A DNA stretch of 64,000 nt from Rebecca billardiae RCC1528 (GCA_965240325.2 OZ251251.1:868001-932000); one strand, 5' to 3'. Counted from the stretch's first letter, positions 13,218-25,314 are shown. Notes: a model not told the origin generated them from the letters alone. A program made the numbers and translations.

Positions 13218-13391
13218 CCAGCTCGAGTGCAGTGGCGGCGCAGAGTCCGGGCGTGCTCAGGACGTGCTGCGGCGAGAGCTCGAGCGCGGCGCCGAGCGCG
13301 GCGGCCGCGCCCACGCCGCCACACCAGCACGCGCCCGCCTCAGCCTCGGCGGCATCCGCGCCCGCATCGGCCGCCGCCCCTTCGGCCGAGC

Positions 13392-13422
<31 letters not shown>

Positions 13423-14682
13423 GCGTCGCGAGCACTCGCAGCCCTCTGCGTCCGCAAGCTGGCAGAGGCGGTGGCGCAGCCACGACTTGCCGACCTGCGA
13501 GTCGCCGACGAAGAGCACCGTGGCGGCCGGCCCGGCGCGCGGCGCGCGCTCCTCCGCCTCCGCGCCGCCCTCCGCGTGCGCGGGCGCGCCGCCGTGCGCG
13601 CCGCGCGGCACAAGCGGGCTGCCTCTGCCTCGCGTGGCCGCGCCGCACGGCTGCCGCCAGTCGCCATCGTGCGTGTGTCGGCGCGCGGAGAGCGCGGCGG
13701 CGGCGGCGGCGGCGTCGTGCTGCTGCCCGGGCTTCTCCTCGGAGAAGGAGCGCGGCAGCGCCGGCGGCGACTCGCCGTGCGCGTCCGCCGAGGCCGCGGT
13801 GGCGGAACCAGCGCCGCCGCCGGCAGTCTGGCCGCCGCCGCCGCTGCCGCCGCCGCCGCTCCCCGCGGCGGCCACGAGCCCGAGGGAGGCGGCGGCGAAG
13901 CGCAGGGCCTTGAGCGTCACGGCCTCGCCCGCGCCGCCCCCTGCGGTGCACGCCGCCTCGGCGGGCGGCTGCGCCTCCGCCGCGCCGCGCGCGCCCTCCT
14001 CCTCCGCCTCGGCAGCGGCGGCGCCGCGGCCGTTTGCTGTCGCGGCGAGCAGCAGCGAAGTGTGCAGCCGCGCGGCGGCGTCGTCCAGCACCTCGGCGGG
14101 GTGCGCGTCGGCGCGGCACGCGGCCCTGCGCGAGGCGTGCCGCCCGCCGTGCGAGGAGCCGTCCGCCGCCGCGTGCGAGCCGCCGCCGCCGCCGCTGCCG
14201 TCGTCGAGCGCCGCGCGCGCGGCGGCGCGCGGCGCGCCCACGGTGCCGCCCGACGCGGCGCCGAGCAGCGCGGCGCGGGCGAGGGCGGAGACGAGCTGCT
14301 TGAGCGCGGCGCGGTCGCCCGTGAGCACCAGCCCGACCACCGCGATCGTGCGCCGCACGGGCGTCGCCACCGACGCGAGGATGGCGGTGAGCGCGAGGCA
14401 GAGCGCTGCGACAAACGCCTGCGCGCGCGAGCGCTGCCGGCGCGGCGCGGCGCGGTGGAGGCCGCGGCCGCTGCTCTCGGCGGAGGAGGGCGGCGGCGTG
14501 GGCGGCGTGCTGTGCGGACGCGCCACCGCGTCCGCCAGCTCGTCCGCGGGCGGGCCGTCCGCCGTGTCGGCGATCGGCTGCGCGTCGCGATCGTCCGACT
14601 CGGCGCGCCGCGGCGGCGACGGCGCGCGGGGCGAGGCGGGGAGGAGGTCGGGGCCGGCCAGGGTGGCGGCCAACCCGTCCAT
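11821..14682 (-). CDS. Atypical Ras/Rab-like small-GTPase-domain protein with N-terminal hydrophobic segment and large low-complexity inserts
   Basis: G1 TVLFVGDSQVGKS (~13485-13520), G4 VLVCNKTD (~12151-12175), G5 LPFVAASAR. Likely start at ATG 14682 (MDGLAA). Confidence 0.7.
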
Positions 14683-15468
14683 GCGGCCGTGCTCCCGCCG
14701 CGCGGCCGGGGCGGCTGCGCGAGCAGGCGCGCTGCGCGAGAGAGTCGAGGCGGCGCGTGCGCCGCGGCTGGCCCGGCGCGCGTTCACCGCGCGGCCTATC
14801 ACAGCAGCTACTGCAGGGGTGCCGCCTCCCGAGCCAGGCCGGCTGAGATCTAGATCAGCGGGACGGCTTGATGGTGAGCTGCAGCCAACCGTGCGCGCGG
14901 CTCGGTTTGGTGCGAAATGCACCGAGTCGGCCCAGGCAGCAGGAGACAATTCGTCAGCTGTTGGTGACGCGGCCCACCACGCGACACGCATGACTAGGCG
15001 CCAATTCGGTGCTTTCGTATTCGGACGAAACACAAACGGCGACGCGGTCGAGGGCGCGCCTTTCAGATTCCGTAATCGGGCATAAATGCTGCGGGATCGC
15101 GCGGTGATGAATGATATTATTGGGCCGATGACGGGCCTTCATAATGCTTGCATGAGCTAAAAATGACCGGGTTGAGGAATCGCCAGAATCCCGCAAGACG
15201 GAGGCTTACGCCAAAATGATTGACCGCGGTCGTTCGTCAATCGAGCCCACATTTGGAATCATTCGCTCACGAACCTCTCGGCATCTGCCGAACGAGTTGC
15301 GATTTTCTGCCCGCTAATTAGCGAGCTTCGCGCGCCAGGCTGCGAGTCTCCGAAAATTACCGCCCCGCAAAGTGGGCCCGATGATAACGAACGCGTGCTG
15401 AACCGCCAGGACTGAGAGTGCTGAGTGCTGAGACCTGAGTGAGAGTGAGAGCGATGGCGGCCAGAGCC

Positions 15469-17910
15469 TCACGGCCGGGCCAACGCAGGCGGGCCACCGT
15501 GCTCGCGCTGGTAGTCGACGGCGTCGTCGTACAGCCGCTCCATGCGCTGCAGCTCGAGGCTCCACGAGAGCTTCTGCGCGTGCGCGCGACCGTTCCGCCC
15601 GAGCCGCCGCCGCTCGGCTGCCGGGCGCGCGGCCGCGTCACAGGCGGGGCACGGCAGCGGCAGGCCGAGTTTGCGCGTGACAGCATCGGGCGGTGAGCAG
15701 GCGGGCAGGGCGGCGGGGCGCGCGCTCGGCGCTGCGCTGCGCGCGCACGCGCGCGCGCAGCCCGCCCGCCCGCGCCCCTCGCGCGCAGCGCACCTCGGCT
15801 GCCGAGCAGCGCGCGCGTGTTGGCCGCGAGCTGCGCAGTGTCAGCCGCGGGCGCGAGCAGCCCCTGCCGCCCGTGGCTGAGTACCTGCGTGATGCCCGTG
15901 GCGTTGAAGGCGGCGACGGGGAGGCCGGAGGCCATCGCCTCGAGCACCGTCCCGCCGAAGCCCTCTGCGCACACGCGCACGCGAGCGCGCCCGGCGCGCG
16001 CCGCGCGGCCTCAGCGCGCGCGCCGCGACGCGCGCGCATGCGCACGCGCACGCGCATGCGGCATGCGGCATGCGGCGGCAGCGCTCGGCAGCGCTCGGCG
16101 CCGCCCGTCGGGCGAGCGGCCGCGGCGCTGCGCTGCACGCACCGGTGGTGGAGGCGGAGAGGAAGACGTCGGCGGAGGCGTACGCGCGCGCCAGCGCCTC
16201 GCCGCTCAGCGCGCCGGTGAAGTGCGCCCTGCGCCCGCGGCGGCGGCGCGGCGGCGCGGCGGCGCGGCGGCGCGGCGGCGCGGCGGCGCGGCGGCGCGCT
16301 CAGCGGCGGCGCGGCGCGCGCGCGCGCGCCGCCGCGGCCGCCGCGCGCGGCGCGCACCATGGCAGCCGCCGCTGCAGCGCTCGGCGCGCCTCGCCGTCGC
16401 CCACGATGATCAGCGCGTGCGGCACGTCGCGCACCGCGCGCGCCACCGTCGCAAAGTCGGCTGCCATGGCGCGCGGCGCGCGGCGCCGGCGGTGGCGCGC
16501 GCGGCGCGCGGCGCAGCGGGCGGCGCGCGCGCGTCAGCCGCGGCGGCAGCGGGGCGGGCGCGCGCGCTGGGCGAGGGCGGCGCGCGGCCGCGCACCGAGC
16601 CCCTTCTCCCAGCGCAGCCGCGAGACGAGCAGCAGCACGGGGAGCTCCGCCTCGCCCGCCGCCGCCGCCGCCGTCGCAGCCGCCGCCGGCGCCGCCGCCG
16701 CCGCCGTGCGCGCGCCCGCCAGCGCGCGCTCCAGCGCCGCGGCCGCGCTCGCGCCGTCGGCGCGCGCGGCGGCGCGCGCGCGGCGGCTCGCGGCCCACGG
16801 CGGCGCGAGCGCGCGGAGCCACGCGCGCGCGCGCGCGTCCCCGTCGAGCTCGAGCGCCGCGCGCCTCGCCTCCGCCGCGCGCGCCATCGCCGCGCGCACG
16901 CCGCCGTCGCGCTTGGCGGGGCTGAAGCGCGCGGTGTCCACGCCGCGCCCCCACAGCCGCACGCTCGGCACGCCGTGCGCGCGCAGCTCGGCGGCGACCG
17001 CCTCGGAGGGCGGGTAGGTGCCGGCGCAGCGCGCGTGGAACTTGCGCAGGCGGTGCCAGTACGCGCCCTCCAGCCAGCCCAGCCCGTAGTACTGCAGGTA
17101 CCGGTGGTACCGCGTGTGGAACGAGCAGACCGCCGGCACGGCGCGCGCGCTCGCCCACGCCAGCGCCGCGTGGCCGAGGGGGTCGGGCGTGGCGATGTGC
17201 ACGACGGTGGGGCGGAGCGCGTCGAGCTCGGCGGCGACGCGCGCCGGGAGCCACGGCGTGGTGAGCTCGTAGTCCCCGAACACCGGGCAGCGCACCGACG
17301 GCGCGCGCACCAGCCGCCCCGCGTGCGCGAGCACCGCGCGCCCAGGGCGCGTAGGCGCAAGCACACTCACATCGTGGCCGGCGCGCTCGAGGTGGGTCAC
17401 GAGGCGGTTAAGGGTGAGGGAGACGCCGTCGAGGGAGTAGTCGTACGAGGCGGTGAAGAGCGCGACGCGGTGCGCGTACCGCGCCGCGGGCGCGCCCTCC
17501 TCCGGCGCCATCGCCAGCGGGCACACCGCGACGGCCAGGCAGAGGCAGGCAAACGCCAGCGGTCCAAAACGTGCCGTCGCCGAGCGCGGCGGCTGCGGCG
17601 CGGCGGCGTCGAAGGGCCGGGCGGGGGTGCGCAGCACGGCGGGCGCGGTGGACGCGCGCCTGGGCGGCCCCACGTGCGACAAGGGCGACGGCCGCGGCGG
17701 CGTCAGCGGCGTCCGCCCGCGCGCGCCGCCGCTCAGCCGACCGGCCGACGCGCCGCCCTTGCCGCCGCCGCCGCCGCTGCCGCGCTCGCCGGCGGCGACG
17801 GCGTCGGCGGTGCGCGGGGTCTTGCGCGTGGCGAGCGCGGTCCGTGCGTGCGGCGCCGCGCCCGCCGACGCCGACCCCGCGTCCGCCACCTGCCCGCGAC
17901 CCGGCGCCAT
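15469..17910 (-). CDS. GT4 family glycosyltransferase (SQD2 / alpha-mannosyltransferase-like); 5 exons
   Basis: RVALFTASYDYSLDGVS, VVHIATPDPLG, SFHTRY, WGRGVDTARFSP, VSRLRWEKGL, IIVGDG, AYASADVF, STTEGFGGTVLEAMASGLP (EX7E). Introns 16461-16595, 16229-16357, 15965-16142 and 15618-15793 are all GT..AG and preserve frame. Stop at 15469-15471; start uncertain. Confidence 0.9.
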
Positions 17911-18817
17911 CAGCGCGCCAAGCCAAGCCCCGGGCCGCGCGGGTGTGCGCAGTACCGCGGCGCGATGGGCGCGAATCTCGGGGCTCGTCAAAGGCGCCAA
18001 GCACTCTTCAGGCTGCTGCGGCAGTGTGTGGCCGGTGCTGGCGCTAATTACTACGCATCTCGATCAGCGAGCAGCGGCGTTCGCGTCCGGACGGAAAAGG
18101 CGAGTCATCCGAATGATGGAAATCGAGACGCGGAATGATGCGCGACGAAGGCTGGGCCGATAATCCAGCGCATTCGCGCATTTTCATCAGAATTCGCCCA
18201 CCTTCGTCAACTTGACGTCGTCTATTTACGTACGCGTTGATGATTCCTGGCCTCCTGGGCTTCGCCCGTGGCGGCTGGCGCCGAGCCGTTCCCCGTTGCG
18301 TGTCACTTTTCAAGCGTGAGCTCGGCTGAGTGTGCGTCTCTTATTCGTAGTACTGACTGTACTGTGTACAGCGCGTGCCCACCGTGTTACAAATGCCAAA
18401 CTGGCGCGCATTATGCCGTATGCGCGATCTATCTATATCGGCCCTACAGTGCGTCGGCACGACAACGCGGCCGCATGATGCGCCGTGTGATGGTGCCAAG
18501 TCATCCGCGTCCACGCAGCTCCACGCTGCGGATCCAGTGGAGCGAATTAGACAGCCGAGCGGGCGGCGTCAGGCCGCGGGGCCGAGTGCCACGCCGACTC
18601 CGCCTGTCGAGTGACGGCACGCCTCGCGGCGTGCGCACACCAGTCACCACTCTCCGGGTGCGGCGGCAGCCACACGCTGGGCGCCGCCGGCCCAAGCCGT
18701 TCGCCCACAGCGGCCGCCGACCGCCCGCCCGGCGCGCGCCTGCGCGTTCCGCGCCGCCTCTCGGCCGCCCGCCCCGCCCTCAGCCCAGCGCTGCTGTAGC
18801 AGCCTGGAGTGGGTGTG

Positions 18818-18900
18818 GTCTCAGTGTGGCTCACTTCTTGGGTGTAGGGTTAGCGTTAGGGTGGGTTAGGGCAGTCTCAGCGTGGCTCACTTCTTGGGTG
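18818..18900. repeat. 27-bp direct duplication flanking TTAGGG-like filler
   Basis: gtctcag(t/c)gtggctcacttcttgggtg occurs at 18818-18844 and 18874-18900, with tagggttagcgttagggtgggttagggca between them. Confidence 0.85.
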
Positions 18901-19564
18901 GTCGCGGCAGCTTGGCGCCGAGCGCGCGCTCGATCTTGGCGATGACCTGCCCGTTCGGGATCGCCTTGCCGTTCTCGTACTCCATGATAATCTTCTTATC
19001 CTGCGGCGCCACGCGGTGCGCAGCGAGGGCGAGGGGCAGGGCCACCGACCGGTGAGGCGCGGCGCGGGGCGCGCGGCAGCGCGCGGCAGCGCCTGGGCCC
19101 GCGCGCGCGCCGCATGCGCGCACGATGTTGAGCGCTTTTGCGAGCTGGTCCTGCGTCATCTTCTTGGCGGTACGCGCCTGCATGATCGACTTGGATAGGT
19201 TGAGGTCGACGCGGTTGTGCTTGAGCTCCTCCGTCTCCGCGTCCAGCTTGGCCGCGTTGGCGCCCGCGCCGCCCACCACCGCCTTGTTCTTGCCGCCGTC
19301 GTACTTCTTGGTGGACTCGATGACGCCACCGTCTCGCAAGGCCTTGTTGAACTCCTGCTTCTGCGCGCCGCCCGACGATGGCGGCTTGTTCGGCCGCTTG
19401 CTGAACGTCACGGGGTTCCAGTCCTGCGGCGCGGCGCGGCGCGCGGCGGCGCAGCCGAGAGCGCTCGCGCGCTCGCTCAGCCCCGCGGCAGCGCGCGAGG
19501 GCGCGGGCACCGCGCGGCGCGCGCGCCGAGCGGAGGCACGCGCCGGGCGCACCTGCTCCGCCAT
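18887..19564 (-). CDS. MBF1: Multiprotein bridging factor 1 (MBF1/EDF1); 3 exons
   Basis: MAEQ|DWNPVTF...AAKLDAETEELKH...IMQARTAKKMTQDQLAKALNI|DKKIIMEYENGKAIPNGQVIAKIERALGAKL. Introns 19424-19552 and 19001-19123. Confidence 0.95.
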   Translation of the reverse strand: MAEQVRPARASARRARRAVPAPSRAAAGLSERASALGCAAARRAAPQDWNPVTFSKRPNKPPSSGGAQKQEFNKALRDGGVIESTKKYDGGKNKAVVGGAGANAAKLDAETEELKHNRVDLNLSKSIMQARTAKKMTQDQLAKALNIVRACGARAGPGAAARCRAPRAAPHRSVALPLALAAHRVAPQDKKIIMEYENGKAIPNGQVIAKIERALGAKLPRPPKK

Positions 19565-19890
19565 TGTGCGCGGCACCGGGTGCTGCGCGCCGGTGGCCTG
19601 TGCTCGAGCGCGCGCGCGGGTCCTCTCAGCTCCGCTTGCGGCGGAGGAGGATGATGGCGGCTGCCACTGGTGCACCAGTTGCGACTGCTGAGCGGTGACA
19701 AGACGAGGCCGCGCGCCAATGTCTGGACAAGGTCTGGAGGCGACGACCCGGTCCTGGCGAGCGCGCACGAGTCACGACCGGACCTGACAATCATGCTGAA
19801 GAACGGCCTCGTTTTCTGATTTTCCCGCCTTCTTTTTCCGAAGCGCGATCTTTTGCTGCGCTGATCTTTTCGTGCGGCCGTGCATCAGCC
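19565..19890. promoter_or_regulatory. Probable bidirectional promoter between divergent MBF1 and ClpP
   Basis: About 330 bp between head-to-head starts with a locally AT-richer core (~19800-19870). Confidence 0.45.
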
Positions 19891-21861
19891 ATGCATCCGC
19901 GCGCGATGCGCACGGCCGCGCTCCGCGGCGCGCGGCGTGCGCGTGCGAGCACCTCGTGGACGGCGCCGCGCGCGGCCTGGTTCGGCGCCCCGCCGGCACA
20001 CCCTCTCGCCGCCCCACTCCATCCATCGCTCGAACCCCGCGGTGGCGGCGGCCATGCTGATCTCGGCGGCAGCGGCAGGCCGACCGCTTCGCTCAACATT
20101 CCGTATGTGATCGAGTCCACCGCCAAGGGCGAGCGCGGGTACGACATCTTCAGGTGCGCCGCATGCCGCCCCGCCGCTGTCGCGCGCGCGCCCTCGCGCC
20201 GCGTGCCCCGCGCCCTCTCCAGCCGCGGCCCTCGCACGCGCGCGTGCATCCGCCGAGTGACGTGTCCCTCTGGCGCGCGCCGCGCCGCCGCCCCTCCCGG
20301 GCGTGCAGCCGGCTGCTGCTCGAGCGGATTGTGACGGTGAACGGCGCGATCGACGACACGACCTCCGCGCTGGTGGTCGCGCAGCTGCTCTACCTCGAGG
20401 CGCAGTCGCAGGAGGCGCCCATCCACGTGTACATCAACTCCCCGGGCGGAGTGGTGACCGCGGGGCTGGCCATCTACGACACGATGCAGTACGTACGCGC
20501 TGGCTGTGCGTGTGTGTGTGTGAGTGTGTGCGGGCGCGACATGGTGCAGGATGTGAGCGCACGGGCAAGGGCGGAAGGACGGGGATTGTCCCAGCGCGGC
20601 AGCGTGCTGCCCCGCGCGGGCAGTGGGGCCGCGCCCCGCCCAACCGGCACTCCCGCCAAGGGAGATGCTATCTCCCTGAGATGCTATCTCCCTGAGATGC
20701 TATCTCCCTGAGATGCTATCTCCCTTGCTCCCGCGCGGCACGCCCGCCCGCACGGCACCGCCACCCGCCCGCACGCTCGCCGGGTGGGCGGGGCGCTGCG
20801 TCTCGGCGCGCCCCGCTCACTGCCAGCGTGCGGTGCCTGCGTGTGCCGGTGCGCGGTGCGGTGCGGTGCGGTGCGCCGTGTGTGCGCAGGTGCAGCCGCC
20901 TGTGGCCACAATCTGCCTGGGGCAGGCGTGCAGCATGGCGTCGCTGCTGCTGGCGGGCGGGGCGGCCGGCATGCGCCGCGCGCTGCCCAACGCACGGGTG
21001 CGCGCACGCCGCCCAGCGCGCGCCCTCAGCCGCGCCGCTCGGCCGCCACCGAGCGCGGCGCGCCCTCGGCCGCGCACGCGCCCACCGCGTTCGCCTGGCT
21101 GCGCCCACGCCGGCTGGGCACACGCACACACGCACACACGCGCGCACGCGCACACGCACCCCCCCCGCCGCCGTGCACGGTGCGCGCGCGCAGGTGATGG
21201 TGCACCAGCCGCACGGAGGCGTGCAGGGCCAGGCGTCCGACATCGCACTGCACACGCGCGAGCTGCTCGGCCTCAAGGAGCGGCTGTATGCCGTGCGCGC
21301 ACCAAGCACCGCGCGCCACGCACCGCGCGGCGCGTGTGTACCCGTGTGTACCCGTGTGTACCCGTGTGTACCCGTGTGTACCCGCGTGTGGAATGCCCGC
21401 GTGTAGAGTGCCCGTGCATGCGCGTGCGCGCGGGCGGGCAGGCACGGCGCACGGCGCAGCCGGGGGCGGCTGCGCAGGCTGCGCAGGCCCGGTGCGCGCC
21501 GCAGCAGCAGTGCGCGCCCCCCTCCCTCACCCTGCCCCCCGCCGCCGCCCCTGCGTCCGTGCGCGGCCGCTGCGCCCACGCGCGGCCGCAGCTCTTCTCG
21601 GTGCACACGGGCCGCTCGGTCGCGGAGATCGAGGGCGCGATGGACCGCGACAACTTCATGAGCGCGGAGGAGGCGGTGGCGTTCGGGCTGGTGGACGAGG
21701 TCGCGCACCGGCACCCGCCCGCAGCCGGGCCCGCAGCCAGGCCCACGCCGGGCGCGCCGCGCGGGGCGGGCGGGAAGGGCGGCGGCGGCGCGGAGGAGGG
21801 CGCGGGCGGAGCCGCGGGGCAGCCGGGCGGTGTGCCCAAGGGCACGCAGCCGGCCGGCTGA
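19891..21861 (+). CDS. clpP: ATP-dependent Clp protease proteolytic subunit (mitochondrial-type); 5 exons
   Basis: [15 protein letters not shown]|[24 protein letters not shown] (catalytic Ser), VMVHQP (His), [11 protein letters not shown] (Asp). Introns 20154-20308, 20493-20889, 20998-21193 and 21293-21591. Confidence 0.95.
20657..20727. mobile_element. 71-bp mini inverted-repeat element in ClpP intron 2 with 7-bp TSD
   Basis: Termini CAAGGGAGAT...ATCTCCCTTG. Interior is four copies of the 16-mer GAGATGCTATCTCCCT. Flanked by CTCCCGC at 20650-20656 and 20728-20734. Confidence 0.75.
21334..21384 (+). repeat. 10-bp tandem repeat (GTGTGTACCC) x~5 in ClpP intron 4
   Basis: Directly visible in the sequence. 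Confidence 0.85.
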
Positions 21862-23976
21862 GCGGCTGGCGGCCGTGACGTCGCCGTGGCATCCGCCGGT
21901 TGCTGCTCCCCGCTGCTGCTCCCCGCTGCTGCTTGCGAGCTGCGTCAGCTGCTGCTGAGCGCGTGCTGTCGCTGCTCGCAGCTGAGCGGGCGGGCGGCTG
22001 GCGGGCGGCTCCGTCCCTCCGCCTGCCGTGCGGCGGCCTGCCGTGCGGCGGCTGCGCCGTGGAAGCGGGCGGGCGCAGATGCTCGCGTCCTCACATGTGC
22101 TGCCGCCGCGGCGCCGTCTGCTGGCAGTGCGTCGGCGCGCGATCCGCGGTATGAGCTCGCGTCGATCGACGGCGCCGATCTGGCGCGGCATTCGCAGCGC
22201 ATGTGTTAGTAGCGCAGTAGCACGTGCGCGCGGCGTGGCAGGCGCCCCAGGGCCATGATGTATCATCGTCATAGACATCAGCGGGCTGCTACTACAGTAT
22301 ATCGTAGCGCAGTCGACACGATCTCTCGTCGTACTGTCGCGTCGTATTCGTCATCAAATGAGACGCGTACTGATGATACTCTGTATGTATGATGACTGTA
22401 TGAGTCACGATGACTGTCGACTGTCGCAATCAATGAAGCATCAATTCGTCATTCGGACATTCGCTCATGCCCACTGGGGACACGGCACCCAGGGTCGGAG
22501 AAAATCGGCGCGCTTTTTATTTCCGCCTTGCATTTATTCAGCCGCGCGCTGCGCGGCGGACGCGCGCGTCTCGGGCGAGCGGGCGACGGCGCCGCGCTCC
22601 CGTGCGTGTGGACGATCCCGCGAGCGCAGAGCCGGCGAGCTAGGCTGGGCAGTCGTGCTGAAGTGCCATTCGCCGCTTCGCGCCGCGCATCGCATTCGGC
22701 TGTACTTGCCTCGGGCCAGCACTTGTCTGTGCACACCGCCACACGGCCAGCCCGTCGCCCGCGTGCGCCATGCGAGGCGAGACACACACGGAGCATGCGC
22801 TTCCGCGCGGCGAGGCCTACGCTGTACCCACTGCGCTACCTTGCGCCGCCGCGCATGAGCGCGGGTCCGAACAGCTGCGTTCAGGTGTGCTGATTGCATC
22901 ATTCATACGAGCCGATTGGTCGAACAAGCGCTCTGGCCCGACGATGACGTTGCAGCGCACGCCATGCTGATATGCGGTGACGCGGAGCATGTGCGCTCGC
23001 GCGGAGTGGCCACACGCGTGACCGCTGTCCAGCTCTGCCCCGGCATTGAACTCCCTGACTCGTGCTCCGACGTCAATCTTGGCCCGAGCTAGTACGTGCA
23101 TGTATGCGTGCTGATGCAGAATATACCTGAACGAGGCCCATGATGGCCTGCCTGCGTGTATGTGCCTCCTCGGATGACACGGCGCGTGTATGAATGTGTG
23201 TATACTACCTTGTCAAGCAGTAGCTCACGTCTGGACGTTCGTGTCGAACTTGACGGTGCGCATCGCGCACACACGGTCAGCCTTGATAGACGCACCCGTG
23301 CAGCCGGAAGGCAGCATCAGCCTGCCTAAGACGTGAGCATCCAGCCCCGACGCCGCTTCCGGTGCCTGAATGGCGCGCGCTCCTTTCACGCGGGAATGTG
23401 CTCACTACATCACTATCCAGAAGGGCGCATGTCCGTGCTTTGCATGCTCACATGACCCTCGCCGTAGGTCGATGCCAACCGCTGCGTGATGCTCGATCAT
23501 GCCTTTTGACGGCTGTGTGACCCGTGCAGATGCGTATGCCAGGCAGCGTACTGTGACGAGCGATGACGCGTGCATAAACTACCTGGACATTGCCCAGTGC
23601 AACCAAGTGCCGGACGCCGACGCCGCTGCTCGCGGCACGCGTGCAGTCAGCCGAGGAATGCACACAACTTCCTTGTTGGTGCGGCGCACGCGATGGCCTG
23701 GCCCTGAGGCGCGGCGGATGCAGTGATTCCGAACGGCGAGCGGTGGAACGACGCAAATGGCTGCTCTTCAGCCGCGCTCAACCACGCGCACCGCCTTCGC
23801 GGGCACGCAACCACCGCAGGAGGGCGCGCAGTCGGCGCCCATCTCGCCCCTCCAGCGCCGCCCAGCGCGCTGTCAGCGCAGCCGCCAGCGGCAGAGGTTG
23901 GTGGTGCTCTGACGGCATCACCAACATATTCGGAAAAGAAAATCCCCACCCGAAATTCCTGCGCCCAGTGGTCACG

Positions 23977-25152
23977 ATGGCGGCGGCGAGATGGCCGCCG
24001 TGCGGGCGGTGGGCTTTGCTGGCCGTGGCGCTGCTGGCGTCGGTACGGCACGCGAGGACGACGGGGCCTGGCGCCACGCCGCCATTCTGGCCGGCGCGGC
24101 CCGACGTCGAGGCCGCGCTCCGCCCGTGGGCCACGCGCCCGCCGAACGGCACGGCGGCCGAGCCCTCCCGGAAGGACGCGGCGGCCGGCTCGACGGCCAT
24201 GCGGAGCGGGGTGCCTTTCCTCTTCCGCTCGGCGAGCACCGGCCAGCGCACGGTGCTCTGCTTGAACCAGAAGGTGAGCTCGACCGCGCTGAAGCTCCTC
24301 CTCGCCCGCGCCAATCCTGAGCGGGCCTCGGAGACGGCGGCAGCGCACGCTTCACACGTGCACCGGGCGGCGGCGGAGCCGATCGAGGCTCTGCGCGCCG
24401 CGCTGGCGGATGCGGCCGTGCCGCGCTTCGTCGTGGTGCGCAACCCGTACTCGCGGCTGCTCTCGGCGTACCTCGACAAGGTGGCGACGGGCCTCTTCCA
24501 CGCGGGCAGCAAGCTCCCCAGCACGTTCGTCCCCGGCTCGGGGTTTGGCGGACTGGTGCGTTCGATTGTGTCCGCGCGCGGCACCAACCCGCACTTCACG
24601 CTGCTGAGCAGGCGGTGCGGGGTGGCGCCGTCGGCGGCGCGGGGCGTGCGGTACGACTACGTGCTGCAGATCGAGCAGATGGCGCTGTGGTACGCGCCCT
24701 TCGTGCACGCGCTCGGCCTCGCCGACGCGGCGTCCGCCGACTGGCGCTCGGCGGAGGCGTGGCCGAGCGCGCTGCGCGCCATGGCGGCCTCCGCGCAGCG
24801 GCACGGGGGCGGGTGCTTCTACACGCCGCCGGGCACGGCGTGCGAGGACGCGCTGCGCATCGCGGGGCCGCGCGCCCGAACCGAGCCCGCCGCGGCCGCC
24901 GCGGGCCCGCCGAACCGCACAACGGCGGCGGGCATGCGCACGTCGGTGCGGGGGGCGGACGCGCAGCTGGGCGACTTCTACAGCGCAGAGCTGGCGGGCC
25001 TCGTGACGGAGTGGGCGGCGGCCGACCTGCGCATGTTCGGCTACCCGGCGTGGGACGGGGTGTCCGACCCGGCGGCGTACATCCAGGGACTCCGGGCGGG
25101 GTTCGAGGGGGGCGGGGGGCCGCCCAGCGGCGCCGCCGTGAGCTGGCGCTAG
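23977..25152 (+). CDS. Carbohydrate sulfotransferase (Sulfotransfer_2 / CHST-like), secretory pathway
   Basis: Signal/anchor WALLAVALLA, 5'-PSB-like LCLNQKVSSTALK, 3'-PB FVVVRNPYSRLLSAYLDK, NPHF, YDYVLQIE, DLRMFGY. Confidence 0.85.
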   Translation: MAAARWPPCGRWALLAVALLASVRHARTTGPGATPPFWPARPDVEAALRPWATRPPNGTAAEPSRKDAAAGSTAMRSGVPFLFRSASTGQRTVLCLNQKVSSTALKLLLARANPERASETAAAHASHVHRAAAEPIEALRAALADAAVPRFVVVRNPYSRLLSAYLDKVATGLFHAGSKLPSTFVPGSGFGGLVRSIVSARGTNPHFTLLSRRCGVAPSAARGVRYDYVLQIEQMALWYAPFVHALGLADAASADWRSAEAWPSALRAMAASAQRHGGGCFYTPPGTACEDALRIAGPRARTEPAAAAAGPPNRTTAAGMRTSVRGADAQLGDFYSAELAGLVTEWAAADLRMFGYPAWDGVSDPAAYIQGLRAGFEGGGGPPSGAAVSWR

Positions 25153-25314
25153 CCTGCGGCAGATCCGCGCATCACCAGACAGTCGTAGACACCACTACTG
25201 TAAGTCAGTGTCGTCAGTTTGATAGTGAGTCAGGAGCACGGCCGTTGGACCAGACTCTCGGGCGCGGCGCGCAGCGTGCGCTTTGGCAGCGGGACCGCGA
25301 CCCACACACACTGG

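Noticed and set aside
20662-20725. Palindromic 16-bp repeats as a CRISPR array
   Set aside because: No spacers, no cas genes, and located in a eukaryotic intron; better explained as a TSD-flanked mini-element.
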